Virus record (IMG/VR): IMGVR_UViG_3300031140_000597
Span: 1 to 64,000 of that record
From: an uncultured virus (IMG/VR IMGVR_UViG_3300031140_000597)
Taxonomy: Duplodnaviria; Heunggongvirae; Uroviricota; Caudoviricetes
Reading direction: 5' to 3' (one strand)
DNA length: 64,000 nucleotides
Below are positions 31,458-41,335 of the stretch, in pieces. A program made the translations under genes and the position numbers. The notes beneath the pieces are model-generated. The model saw only the letters and a list, made by a program, of their open reading frames with translations, ran no database searches and was not told where the DNA came from. Positions within the stretch are counted from its first letter, which is position 1; each line of letters begins with the position of its first letter.

Positions 31458-32135
31458 ATGAAGATAAAAATTGGCAAATATCCTGATCGTTGGATTAGCA
31501 GAGTACATACTAACCACATGGAAAAGAAGTATGGTTTCCTATGGGAAATGAACGACAAGGAACTGAACGACAAAGAGCCAGTTGTTCCTACACGGTTTGA
31601 TAACTCAGTTGAGGTGCTTGAAGATTGCTTGCAAACTTTATACAACTGGTCAGTTAACTTGATAGCAGATCGTCAAACACAAACTGTAAAGGTTCATATT
31701 GATAAATGGGATACATGGAGCATGGATTCTACATTAGCCCCTATCATCCATCCAATGCTAATACAACTTAACGCAACCAATCATGGTGCACCTAATGTAT
31801 CATTTACAGATGTGCCTAAAAGATTACGTCCGAGTAAGAAGCAAAGTAACGCATACAATGAAAAGGGCGATGTCGATGACAAGCACTTTGAACGTTGGGA
31901 TTGGATCATGGGCGAAATGATTTGGGCATTTGAACAAAAGTTAGGCGATGATGGGTGGGAACAACAGTATTATAAATATGAAGATATTCCAGTAGATGAA
32001 AAATCAGAAGACTTTAGCGAAAGACTAGGTATTAAACTGGTGTGGGAAGACAATGAAGGTCGTGAGAAGCATCAAGCGAGAATGTCTAATGGGTTTAGAT
32101 TGTTTGGGGTTTATTTTGAGTGCCTTTGGGATTAA
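31458..32135 (+). CDS. conserved hypothetical phage protein
   Basis: IDKWDTWSMD.TLA.II.PML and RWDWIM.EMIWAF motifs of a T4-like phage family. Confidence 0.7.
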   Translation: MKIKIGKYPDRWISRVHTNHMEKKYGFLWEMNDKELNDKEPVVPTRFDNSVEVLEDCLQTLYNWSVNLIADRQTQTVKVHIDKWDTWSMDSTLAPIIHPMLIQLNATNHGAPNVSFTDVPKRLRPSKKQSNAYNEKGDVDDKHFERWDWIMGEMIWAFEQKLGDDGWEQQYYKYEDIPVDEKSEDFSERLGIKLVWEDNEGREKHQARMSNGFRLFGVYFECLWD

Positions 32136-32166
32136 TATGAACAATGGGCGTATAGAAGCGATAATT

Positions 32167-32442
32167 ATGAATAAAGAAAAAATAAAAGAATTGATGGTTA
32201 TCACAGCAGAAGAATGTGGTGAATTGACGCAAGCATGTTGTAAGATATATCGCTGGGATATAGACAGCATATATGAAAATGGTTCAAACAAACAGCGATT
32301 ACTTGAGGAAGCAGGTGATGTTATGGCGATGATTTCTATAATGGTTGATAATGATCTATTGACAGAACAAGAATTAAATGATAGAATAGATTATAAGAAA
32401 CGAAAATTAAAAGAGTGGAGTAGTTTATTTGATGAAACTTAG
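32167..32442 (+). CDS. MazG-like NTP pyrophosphohydrolase
   Basis: EECGEL.Q..CK..R and LLEEAGDV motifs. Confidence 0.8.
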   Translation: MNKEKIKELMVITAEECGELTQACCKIYRWDIDSIYENGSNKQRLLEEAGDVMAMISIMVDNDLLTEQELNDRIDYKKRKLKEWSSLFDET

Positions 32443-33316
32443 ATACAGTGAAGCATTCTATTCGCTTCAAGGTGAAGGTAAATTTGTAGGTGTGCCTAGT
32501 GTATTCTTGCGTACTTTCGGTTGCAATTTTCGCTGCAAATCATTTTCAATGTCGAGTGAAGAACGTGAATCTATCAAAGACGAACGATACAATCCAGAAG
32601 TAAAGAAATTGATTGATGATGGTGTACATATAAATGCTACGCTATTGGAAGACTTACCTATCATTCATACAGGCTGTGATACATACGCGAGTATCTACCC
32701 AGAGTTCAAGCACTTGATGTTTGATCGTACTGTAGATGAAGTAGTTGATCACTTGTTATCGCTTACGCCAAACGGTAAGTGGATGATGGATAATGGTCAA
32801 GATATTCACTTAGTGATTACTGGTGGCGAACCTTTATTGGCATGGCAACGTATGTATGTGGATATATTTGAACATCCTCGTATGAGTGATTTAAGAAATG
32901 TTACATTTGAAACAAACACAACTCAGTCATTACATGACGAGTTATTTGAATATCTAGATAATAAAGATACAATCACAGTAACGTGGAGTTGTTCACCTAA
33001 ACTATTGGTTAGTGGCGAATCTCATGAAGATGCGATTAAGCCTGGTGTTGCTGTTCAGTATCGTCTAGTTACTGGTAATAATTTATATCTTAAATTTGTT
33101 GTATCTAATGCGGCAGATGTAGCAGAAGTAGATGAGGTAGTGACAGAGTATCGTAATTTTGGTATTGAATGTCCTGTATATCTTATGCCAATAGGTGGTC
33201 GCTCAGAAGAGTACGATTTATCAGTAAGAGATATTGCACAGTTGGCATTAGAAAAAGGTTATAGATTTAGCCCAAGATTGCACATAGATTTATATGGTAA
33301 TAATTGGGGTACATAA
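32429..33316 (+). CDS. queE: 7-carboxy-7-deazaguanine synthase (radical SAM)
   Basis: E.FYSLQGEG..VG.PSVFLR..GCNFRC...GCDT, VITGGEP, FETN, SPKL, R.SPRLH..L.G. Confidence 0.9.
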   Translation: MMKLRYSEAFYSLQGEGKFVGVPSVFLRTFGCNFRCKSFSMSSEERESIKDERYNPEVKKLIDDGVHINATLLEDLPIIHTGCDTYASIYPEFKHLMFDRTVDEVVDHLLSLTPNGKWMMDNGQDIHLVITGGEPLLAWQRMYVDIFEHPRMSDLRNVTFETNTTQSLHDELFEYLDNKDTITVTWSCSPKLLVSGESHEDAIKPGVAVQYRLVTGNNLYLKFVVSNAADVAEVDEVVTEYRNFGIECPVYLMPIGGRSEEYDLSVRDIAQLALEKGYRFSPRLHIDLYGNNWGT

Positions 33317-33357
33317 ATAGTACAAGCAATATAAAATGGAGATTTACAAAACAAATT

Positions 33358-34455
33358 ATGAATAATTATATTTTTACAAGTGAAAGTGTTAGCGAAGGAC
33401 ATCCCGACAAAGTAGCAGATCAAATATCTGATGCGCTTGTTGATGCAGGATTTAAAGTCGGCAATGAAACCACACGTGTCGCAATTGAGACATTAGTTAC
33501 TACCAATATGGTTACAGTTGCAGGAGAGGTTAAAAACTTCTTTGTAACAAATCAAGAAGTAGAGCAAATAATTCGTGATACGGTTCGTAGAATTGGTTAT
33601 GAACAAGATGGTTTTCATTGGGAAGTTATAGAGATACATAATGTTATACATACGCAAAGTGATGATATTGCATTAGGCACAGATGACTTTGGTGCAGGTG
33701 ATCAGGGCATCATGTTTGGTTACGCATGCAATGACAATGATGCATATCTACCAGCACCAATTTACTACGCACATGAAGTTCTAAAAGCATTACAGAGAGT
33801 AAAATCATCAGAATCAATTGATCCCATATTGGGACCAGATGCAAAGTCGCAAGTATCAGTAGAATACAAAGATGGCAAAGTATCGCGTATTGACCAAGTA
33901 GTTATTTCAACACAGCATAAAGAAGGTCGTTACATAGAAGCATGCATTCTTGCTAGGAATGCAGCAGAAATTGTATTGAAAGGTTTAATTGACAACGATA
34001 CTGTGTGGCATATCAATCCTACGGGTAATTTTGTTATTGGAGGACCTGATGGCGATACTGGTGTTACTGGTCGTAAGATCATTGTAGATACATATGGTGG
34101 TTTTGCACCGCATGGTGGTGGTGCATTTAGTGGTAAAGATCCTACTAAGGTAGATCGTAGTGCAGCGTATATGGCACGATGGTTGGCAAAGAATGTAGTA
34201 GCAAGTAAGATGGCTACATGGTGTCAGATTCAATTGAGTTATGCTATTGGTGTTAAAGAGCCTACTAGTATCTACATTGATAGTGATGGTAGTAACAGTG
34301 AGATTGAGTCATTCATTCGTGATAATATTGATTTAACACCGAAGGCTATTATTGATAGGTTTGATTTATTTAACTTTACTGACTATAGCACCAACTGCGT
34401 GTATGGTCATTTTGGAAACAAAGATGTTCCGTGGGAAAAGATTGGTTGGGAATAG
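33358..34455 (+). CDS. metK: S-adenosylmethionine synthetase
   Basis: FTSESVSEGHPDK, GAGDQG, GPDAKSQV, GRKIIVDTYGG, GGGAFSGKDPTKVDRS. Confidence 0.97.
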   Translation: MNNYIFTSESVSEGHPDKVADQISDALVDAGFKVGNETTRVAIETLVTTNMVTVAGEVKNFFVTNQEVEQIIRDTVRRIGYEQDGFHWEVIEIHNVIHTQSDDIALGTDDFGAGDQGIMFGYACNDNDAYLPAPIYYAHEVLKALQRVKSSESIDPILGPDAKSQVSVEYKDGKVSRIDQVVISTQHKEGRYIEACILARNAAEIVLKGLIDNDTVWHINPTGNFVIGGPDGDTGVTGRKIIVDTYGGFAPHGGGAFSGKDPTKVDRSAAYMARWLAKNVVASKMATWCQIQLSYAIGVKEPTSIYIDSDGSNSEIESFIRDNIDLTPKAIIDRFDLFNFTDYSTNCVYGHFGNKDVPWEKIGWE

Positions 34456-34485
34456 TTCCGACCAATAATATAAAAAGAGGTAGTA

Positions 34486-34761
34486 ATGTTTAAAAGATTA
34501 AAAAAACTGTTAGGTTTTTCATCAGACAATTCTGGTGTAACGACTAAAGAGAAAGCAACCGCACGTAATGAACCGTATGTAAATGTGGTGAAAGTAAATA
34601 TTGACAAAGATAATCCATCTGATGGATATTTTGAATTAGAATGGAATCAAGTATTCATTCGTCAATTGATGGATGCTGGTTATTCTGGTGATAATGAAGA
34701 AGCGATCATTGATCAATGGTTTACTGCCCTATGTGGTAGTGTATCAGAAGCAGAATATTAA
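34486..34761 (+). CDS. hypothetical protein
   Basis: GAGG RBS; GYFELEWN..F...L..AGY motif. Confidence 0.65.
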   Translation: MFKRLKKLLGFSSDNSGVTTKEKATARNEPYVNVVKVNIDKDNPSDGYFELEWNQVFIRQLMDAGYSGDNEEAIIDQWFTALCGSVSEAEY

Positions 34762-34773
34762 TATCAAAATCGC

Positions 34774-34802
34774 TTGACAACCCCATGATAATAATGTATA
34801 AT
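34774..34802 (+). promoter_or_regulatory. sigma70-type promoter
   Basis: TTGACA-N17-TATAAT. Confidence 0.75.
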
Positions 34803-34839
34803 CATTACATACAATTTAATCATAAAGAGAAGACAAGAA

Positions 34840-35829
34840 ATGAGTAATACATATCTGTTAGTAGACGCGATGCATATGTTTCACCGCGCAAAGCACGTAG
34901 TACGTGGTGATGACATGAGCATGAAAATTGGCATGGCATTCCATATCATGTTCAATAGTATCAACAAAGTGTGGCGTGAGCAGAACGGTACACACGTGGT
35001 AATGTGCTTAGAGGGTCGCAGTTGGCGTAAAGACTTCTATGAGCCGTACAAGCGCAATCGTGCTGAACTACGTGCAAAGAAGTCGGTACAAGAACAACGT
35101 GACGATAGTGAGTTCTTTGAAGCATATGAACATTTTCAAGATTTCGTAACTAACAAAACAAATATGACTTGTCTTCGTCATGAAGAATGTGAGGCTGATG
35201 ATTTTGTCGCTCGTTTTATTCAGAATCATCCCGATGATAAGCATGTAATTGTAAGTGGAGACTCAGATTTCTATCAATTACTCGCACCTAATGTTACTCA
35301 ATATAATGGTATCACTGATAACTTAATCAAGTTAGATGGCATCGTGGATGGCAATGGTCGTCCTGTTAAAGACAAGAAGACTAATGAACAGAAGATGCCG
35401 GGTGATCCTAAATGGTTGTTGTTTGAAAAATGTGTACGTGGTGATACCGCAGACAACATCTTTAGTGCATATCCTGGTGTACGTAAGAAAGGTAGTAAGA
35501 ATAAGATTGGTCTAGAAGAAGCATTTGCTGATAAAGAAACCCAAGGTTTCAATTGGAATAACTTTATGTTGCAGCGTTGGACAGATCATAATGGCGATGA
35601 ACATCGTGTACTTGATGATTATACGCGCAATCTGGCATTAATTGATCTGACTGCACAACCTGATAATATTAAAGAAGCATTAGATACTTCTATTGTAGAA
35701 CAAGTGCAGAAGCCCGCTATTGGTCAAGTGGGATTACATTTTATGAGATTCTGTGGTCAATGGGATCTTGAACGTATTGGACAAGATGCAACGACTCATG
35801 CTATCTATTTGACAGCAGCATATAAGTAG
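34840..35829 (+). CDS. rnh: RNase H / 5'-3' flap exonuclease (T4 rnh-like)
   Basis: LLVD, SWRK..Y..YK.NR, EADD, SGDSDFYQL, GD.ADNI. Confidence 0.9.
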   Translation: MSNTYLLVDAMHMFHRAKHVVRGDDMSMKIGMAFHIMFNSINKVWREQNGTHVVMCLEGRSWRKDFYEPYKRNRAELRAKKSVQEQRDDSEFFEAYEHFQDFVTNKTNMTCLRHEECEADDFVARFIQNHPDDKHVIVSGDSDFYQLLAPNVTQYNGITDNLIKLDGIVDGNGRPVKDKKTNEQKMPGDPKWLLFEKCVRGDTADNIFSAYPGVRKKGSKNKIGLEEAFADKETQGFNWNNFMLQRWTDHNGDEHRVLDDYTRNLALIDLTAQPDNIKEALDTSIVEQVQKPAIGQVGLHFMRFCGQWDLERIGQDATTHAIYLTAAYK

Positions 35830-35921
35830 AATCCATTCTGTTAGGTGTTTCATTTTTGTATTTTACGCTAAATAAGTATATAATACAGAATAATGTATAT
35901 ATATGGAGACACTTAACAGAA

Positions 35922-36221
35922 ATGGCAAGACCTAAACCTACAATAATAATAGAATACGTAGATAGAAATTACAACGCAGAACAGATATTGAGAGCAGAAG
36001 CGGTGTATGCAGTATACTATGACGGATCACCTATCAATCTAAGATCATTGAATACATTGATTGATTATCCAGGTCCGAAATATAAGAAGTCGAGTTTCCA
36101 AAATAGTGGTCATGCATTCAATCTATCTGATCGTATGAATAAATTATTTAAAACAGACTTATTTACAGTTGTTAAATTAATAGAAGGAGAAGTTATTACT
36201 CGTGGAAATGACAAGAGTTGA
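35922..36221 (+). CDS. hypothetical protein
   Basis: MARPKP start after GGAG; PGPKYKK.SF.N.GHA.NL motif. Confidence 0.65.
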   Translation: MARPKPTIIIEYVDRNYNAEQILRAEAVYAVYYDGSPINLRSLNTLIDYPGPKYKKSSFQNSGHAFNLSDRMNKLFKTDLFTVVKLIEGEVITRGNDKS

Positions 36222-36534
36222 GTCAATTCAAACTCAAATAGTTACTACACTAAATAATATGTCTTCGGTTGAAATAACCACTGAAGACATCTTCTATAAT
36301 AAATTTACAATTCGTTTAACCACTAATGGGAAAACTAGATTCATAAAACTATATGACAACTGGGAATTTCAATTAGAATCAAAAATCAAATCTGGACAAC
36401 TCATTGATCTATTCAGAAAGATGAGTTATCCATATTATCTAAGCACTACTAAATTAATCCTGTTTTCAGAAGAAGATGCATTCATGGTAAAGTTAGCAGG
36501 CATAGATGGATGGTTAGAAGGAAAATCAACTTAA
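36208..36534 (+). CDS. hypothetical protein
   Basis: overlaps previous gene; followed by terminator. Confidence 0.6.
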   Translation: MTRVESIQTQIVTTLNNMSSVEITTEDIFYNKFTIRLTTNGKTRFIKLYDNWEFQLESKIKSGQLIDLFRKMSYPYYLSTTKLILFSEEDAFMVKLAGIDGWLEGKST

Positions 36535-36537
36535 CAC

Positions 36538-36562
36538 AGCCCGATATGTACGGGCTTTTTTG
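36538..36562 (+). terminator. intrinsic terminator
   Basis: AGCCCG-ATATGTA-CGGGCT followed by T-run. Confidence 0.75.
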
Positions 36563-36635
36563 TGGGCTAAATATATTATTAGTAATATTGGTGGTTAATT
36601 CATAAATAGAAGTAGTTAAGGAGAAGATATTTATT

Positions 36636-37190
36636 ATGAACTTATTATATAAAATCGTATTTAAAATTACTTTAGTAGTATTATTAGGATTAGCACAATT
36701 TACTTCGGTTACATACGCATCAGTAATTGAAACAGAATCAACAAGTAACAGTACCGTTACAACCAATGGTACAAATACAACAACAGTAAAAAGTCCACCT
36801 CCGAGTGCAATCAGTCCTAGTATCAACGCTAGTAACAGTGATTTATGTACAGTGGGAATATCAGGTGCAGTGCAAACGCAGATACTAGGTATTAGTGGTG
36901 GAAGCACAGTGCGAGATATGAACTGTGAACGTTTAAAATTATCCAAAACAATATATGACATGGGCATGAAAGTTGCCGCAGTAAGTGTTATGTGTCAAGA
37001 TACCAGAATATTCAATGCTATGAAAATGGCAGGAACACCTTGTCCATATTTGGGTACAATTGGCGCAGAGGCTCAGACGCAGTGGGATGATAATACAGAA
37101 ATGCAACCAGCGCAAATAGAGGAAACCGAAAAAGATGATAAATTTAAAACAATTGGCGGCCTTCTTTTGTTTCTGCTTATTCTTCTCTAG
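36636..37190 (+). CDS. exported/membrane-anchored hypothetical protein
   Basis: signal peptide, SPPPSAISP, four Cys (DLC, NCERLK, MCQD, TPCP), C-terminal hydrophobic tail; CATAAATA late promoter at 36601. Confidence 0.75.
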   Translation: MNLLYKIVFKITLVVLLGLAQFTSVTYASVIETESTSNSTVTTNGTNTTTVKSPPPSAISPSINASNSDLCTVGISGAVQTQILGISGGSTVRDMNCERLKLSKTIYDMGMKVAAVSVMCQDTRIFNAMKMAGTPCPYLGTIGAEAQTQWDDNTEMQPAQIEETEKDDKFKTIGGLLLFLLILL

Positions 37191-39549
37191 TCTTGCACTA
37201 GCCGATACAACCAATGGGGACGGTAGTTACACTACTGATCCTATTACCTCCAAACCAGAAGACGGAATTATTACCAGTCAATGTCAGCCTGGACAAACCA
37301 GTGCCATGCAAATAAACAACACTGAAATAATGTTTGGTCAGTGTTACGATACGTTTGCTTTATCATATACCATCAATGATATGTTACGACAAGAAGGCAT
37401 TAGTGTAGACAAAGTTCACTATAGTTGGAAATATCTAAACGGTTGTTACAATACAACTGACCCTGAAACTGGACACGCAAAGGATTGGTGTACTGACAAT
37501 ATTGGCAACCGCGTTGATCTAGAAACTGGTGAAATACTTGATACTGAATATGCAGAACAATTTGATTATATAACAGTAACCGTTGAAATTACAAATGCAG
37601 CAGGTGAGGTAATTGAAACACGGGTATACGACTATGATACTTGGTATGATTGGAAAAAGCCAAACTCATACAGTGAGAATGAAGAGTTTGATGCGGAAAC
37701 TGGTGCATATTTTCAAGTAGAAGAAGATTTCATTCAGTTATATGATCATACTACGGGTGTTGGTAGTATATACACACCAGACAGTCTTGGTAGTGCTAAT
37801 TTTAGAGTAGCAACCAAGGACGGAGCTGCATGGGAAGGACATTATGGTCCGGTGTTCAAAGACGGACAAATCTGGTTTACATATCGTGCTAACCCATGTG
37901 CGCAAACAGCATTATACGATCCAAGTTGTGATGGATACGCTGACGCATATGCAACCGCAGAATATGATAATAACTGTAGTGCAGACGCATTATATGATCC
38001 TGGTTGTCCAGGATATCAAGCGGCGTACAATCAACAACAGTACGACAACGCTTGTGCAGCAGATGCGACATACGATACAGGTTGTCCAGGATATGCCACA
38101 GCATATTATGACCAGCAATGCGAAGCAGATCCGTTGTACGATAGTGGATGCCCTGGATATGATAACGCACACTTTACTCAACAATGTGAGGCAGACCCAT
38201 TATACGATAGTAGTTGCGATGGATATGCAAACGCATATTACAATCAACAATGTAGCGCAGATCCTTTATATGATAGCGGCTGTGCTGGGTATGATACTGC
38301 ATATTACAATCAACAATGTAGCGCAGATCCTTTATATGATAGCGGCTGTGCTGGGTATGATACTGCATACTATAACTATCAATGTAATGCTGATCCTTTA
38401 TATGACAGTGGATGTACGGGATATGATGCTGCATATTACAACTATCAATGCAATGCTGATCCTTTATATGACAGTGGATGTACAGGATATGATGCTGCAT
38501 ATTACAACTATCAATGCAATGCTGATCCTTTATATGACAGTGGATGTACAGGATATGATGCGGCTTATATGAGTCAGCAGTGTAGTGCTAATGCACTTTA
38601 TGATAGCACATGTCCTGGTTACAATGCTGCATATTACAGTTATCAATGTAGTGCTGATCCGCTATATGATAGCGCATGTGATGGACATTTTGATGCACAA
38701 TGTGATGCTAATACGTTATATAATGCACAATGTGTAGGATATGAAACAGCATACTTTAATCAACAATGCTCATATAATCCTCAATACGATAATCAATGCT
38801 CTGGTTATATAGCGCCTGTTGTAGCAGATGTTATCACAATAGAAGAAATTATTGCGGCACCGTTGCCACAGGCATTTATCATATTACCACAACCGTCGGC
38901 ACCAGAACCCGCACCAGTTGAAATTATATCAGTGGTGGAAGTTGAAATAGAAATAATTCCTGAACTTGTTGAAGTAATAGAAGCGCAAGTTGAAGCAGAG
39001 ATTGCGACTGAGATTGAAGCAGAATTAGAACCAGTGGAAGAAACAACAGAAGAAGTAACAGAAGAAGTAACTGATGAAACAACAGAAGAGGTTACAGAAG
39101 AGGTTACAGAAGAGGTTACAGAAGAGGTTACAGAAGAGGTTACAGAAGAGGTTACAGAAGAGGTTACAGAAGAGGTTACAGAAGAGGTAGTTGAAGAAAT
39201 CAAGCCGATAGTTAAGGAGATCACCAAGGAAGAAAAGCAAAAAGCCAAAGTGAAGAAGATGAAAGAGATTATTAAAAACAAGTTAGCAAAACTAGCAATT
39301 GTAATGGGCCAAGCCCAATCATTGTCCGATCAGAAAGCATTACAAGCACAAATAAGTGCATTGATTAACTTTGTCCCAGGCTTTAGTGCGTACGGACAAC
39401 GAGTAATACCCGGCACTGATTTTTACACATCGGGTGGTATTTACAAAGATAAAAAAGTCCCTGAGAACCAAAGAGGATTATTAAATGGTCTTGCAAGTCA
39501 AATACTTCATGAGAAGATGGTAGATGAACAATATAAGGATATGAATTAA
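37135..39549 (+). CDS. large exported protein with Cys/Tyr-rich 22-aa repeats and an acidic EEVT linker
   Basis: signal peptide; 14 CxADPLYDSGCxGY(DxAYYNxQ) units; EEVT tandem. Confidence 0.85.
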   Translation: MINLKQLAAFFCFCLFFSSLALADTTNGDGSYTTDPITSKPEDGIITSQCQPGQTSAMQINNTEIMFGQCYDTFALSYTINDMLRQEGISVDKVHYSWKYLNGCYNTTDPETGHAKDWCTDNIGNRVDLETGEILDTEYAEQFDYITVTVEITNAAGEVIETRVYDYDTWYDWKKPNSYSENEEFDAETGAYFQVEEDFIQLYDHTTGVGSIYTPDSLGSANFRVATKDGAAWEGHYGPVFKDGQIWFTYRANPCAQTALYDPSCDGYADAYATAEYDNNCSADALYDPGCPGYQAAYNQQQYDNACAADATYDTGCPGYATAYYDQQCEADPLYDSGCPGYDNAHFTQQCEADPLYDSSCDGYANAYYNQQCSADPLYDSGCAGYDTAYYNQQCSADPLYDSGCAGYDTAYYNYQCNADPLYDSGCTGYDAAYYNYQCNADPLYDSGCTGYDAAYYNYQCNADPLYDSGCTGYDAAYMSQQCSANALYDSTCPGYNAAYYSYQCSADPLYDSACDGHFDAQCDANTLYNAQCVGYETAYFNQQCSYNPQYDNQCSGYIAPVVADVITIEEIIAAPLPQAFIILPQPSAPEPAPVEIISVVEVEIEIIPELVEVIEAQVEAEIATEIEAELEPVEETTEEVTEEVTDETTEEVTEEVTEEVTEEVTEEVTEEVTEEVTEEVTEEVVEEIKPIVKEITKEEKQKAKVKKMKEIIKNKLAKLAIVMGQAQSLSDQKALQAQISALINFVPGFSAYGQRVIPGTDFYTSGGIYKDKKVPENQRGLLNGLASQILHEKMVDEQYKDMN
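37897..38808 (+). repeat. about 66-nt coding tandem repeat, 14 units
   Basis: central units nearly identical at DNA level. Confidence 0.9.
39085..39180 (+). repeat. perfect 12-nt tandem repeat GAAGAGGTTACA x8
   Basis: directly visible; encodes EEVT. Confidence 0.95.
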
Positions 39550-39878
39550 TGTTTAGTACAATATGTGGCATAGTCTTAACATTGCATATGGGACTTAATG
39601 AAGAATATCAATATAATTCTTTTCATCCATATTGTAAAGCAAAAACAGAAAGTAATGTAATAGCAGGAGCATATTACAACAGTGTTGATAGGGTAAGTTT
39701 ATTTGTAGGATATGAATATGATATTAACTATCACACATCAATAGAACTAGGAGTAGCATCAGGATACGAATATGATGTTACACCAACAGTTAGGGTTAAT
39801 TATAAAAACCTATTTTTAATGCCAGCACTGGACAACGGTAAAACAGGCTTGGCGATTGGCCTACAATATAATTTTTAA
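39549..39878 (+). CDS. small outer-membrane beta-barrel-like protein
   Basis: G.YYNS..R.S.F.GY, G..SGY, C-terminal LQYNF aromatic end. Confidence 0.55.
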   Translation: MFSTICGIVLTLHMGLNEEYQYNSFHPYCKAKTESNVIAGAYYNSVDRVSLFVGYEYDINYHTSIELGVASGYEYDVTPTVRVNYKNLFLMPALDNGKTGLAIGLQYNF

Positions 39879-39889
39879 GGAGAGTAACA

Positions 39890-40483
39890 ATGAGTGAGAA
39901 AACAACAGTAGAAGTAGGTGGAGTTAAGTTTACAGGTGGAAAGATATTCCTGTTACTAACAGTATTAAGCACAATGGGTGGTGCAGCGTGGGGTGGATTT
40001 GAATTCTACAACGACTATAGAAATATGAAGGCTAAGATTGAAAGTTATAAAGCACCCGATCTAAGTGGGTTTGACAAGGATTTAGCAGTACAGCGTGAAA
40101 GGTTCGCTATTGTTGATGCACACATGGAATTCGTCAGTAAAGAGATTGCATTATTTAAAGAAGAAATAGGCATGATCAAAGAAATTAATGATGAACATTA
40201 TCAATCACTGAAGGATCTAAAACAAACTATGCGCGATGATATAAATCGTCAAGAAAAGATTATTGATAAAGTAGAAGATGAAGTGCAAAAAACCGAAGAA
40301 GATGTTCGTAAGTTAATCAGCATTGCAGATGGTAGATTTGAAAATAAACGAAGTCAACTACAGTCAGACTATGAACAGAAAGCAGATAGCATTCGTAAAG
40401 ATACTGAGCGAAAGTTAAAAGAACTTGAGGCTAGGCTAAACAAGCGGTTACAACGCGCATTAGATAATCCGTTAGCACAGTAA
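39890..40483 (+). CDS. membrane-anchored coiled-coil protein
   Basis: N-terminal TM segment, long heptad region, ends ALDNPLA. Confidence 0.7.
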   Translation: MSEKTTVEVGGVKFTGGKIFLLLTVLSTMGGAAWGGFEFYNDYRNMKAKIESYKAPDLSGFDKDLAVQRERFAIVDAHMEFVSKEIALFKEEIGMIKEINDEHYQSLKDLKQTMRDDINRQEKIIDKVEDEVQKTEEDVRKLISIADGRFENKRSQLQSDYEQKADSIRKDTERKLKELEARLNKRLQRALDNPLAQ

Positions 40484-40487
40484 GTGC

Positions 40488-40516
40488 TTGACATGTATAG
40501 ATATTTAATGTATACT
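40488..40516 (+). promoter_or_regulatory. sigma70-type promoter
   Basis: TTGACA-N17-TATACT. Confidence 0.7.
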
Positions 40517-40545
40517 AGATAGATGACGATAGAGAGTGATACGCA

Positions 40546-41052
40546 ATGAAGCAAAAGTTTAAAGAAGCATACATGGATACAGCGAAGCGATTCGCTGAAT
40601 TGAGTCATGCGATAAGATTGAAAGTAGGATCAATCATTGTTAAAGATGATAGAATCATATCAATCGGATTCAATGGAACTCCCAAGAACTGGGATAATAA
40701 TTGTGAACACCGAGAATATCAGAGTGCATCCTCGCGTAATTGGTTAGATGCAGAAGATAATATAGATCAGTGGCCATACGAAGATGATAAGGGTCGTTAT
40801 CGTTTGACTACTAAGCAAGAGGTATTGCACGCAGAGATGAATGCGATTTCAAAGATTGCAAAAACTACTGAATCAGCAGACGGTGCAACAATGTTTGTAA
40901 CGCATCAACCATGTATTCATTGTGCTAAGATCATATATCAATCTGGTATTACCGCAGTATATTATGGTGCTGAATATCGTGATCCAGCAGGTGTACGCTT
41001 TCTAGAAGAATGTGGTGTATTAGTCGAGAAAATTGAGGATAGTTCTTTATGA
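40546..41052 (+). CDS. cd: dCMP deaminase
   Basis: KVG..IVKD.RIISIGFNG, HAEMNAI, PCIHCAK zinc motif. Confidence 0.93.
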   Translation: MKQKFKEAYMDTAKRFAELSHAIRLKVGSIIVKDDRIISIGFNGTPKNWDNNCEHREYQSASSRNWLDAEDNIDQWPYEDDKGRYRLTTKQEVLHAEMNAISKIAKTTESADGATMFVTHQPCIHCAKIIYQSGITAVYYGAEYRDPAGVRFLEECGVLVEKIEDSSL

Positions 41053-41123
41053 AGACAATAATTGTCGTAGGTCATGGTCATGGATTGGGATGAAATTAAA
41101 CAAATAGGAAACAATATACATTG

Positions 41124-41270
41124 ATGAATGAAATTACAATAGAGCAGATAGAAGAATTTGATGAGATGTATGGCGATGAGTTACCAAGTTATACACATGA
41201 GCCAATTAAATTTAAGTATTACTGGGACATGTATTTACAAGTAAAAAATAATGAATCAGAAATCAAATAA
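41124..41270 (+). CDS. small hypothetical protein (48 aa)
   Basis: MNEITIEQIEEF...LPSYTHEPIKFKYYW; read manually. Confidence 0.5.
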   Translation: MNEITIEQIEEFDEMYGDELPSYTHEPIKFKYYWDMYLQVKNNESEIK

Positions 41271-41274
41271 ACTG

Positions 41275-41303
41275 TTGACAACGTATTAGATGTATAGTAT
41301 AAT
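41275..41303 (+). promoter_or_regulatory. sigma70-type promoter
   Basis: TTGACA-N17-TATAAT. Confidence 0.75.
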
Positions 41304-41335
41304 TAATACATAAGTTAATTTTATAGGTAAATGAT

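Noticed and set aside
37897..38808. Possible CRISPR array or guide-RNA array
   Set aside because: Units are in-frame 66-nt coding repeats with synonymous variation and no unique spacers; no cas genes seen.
37844..39281. Alternative-frame and antisense ORFs over the Cys-rich and EEVT repeats
   Set aside because: Stop-free frames created by tandem repeats inside the 804-aa gene.
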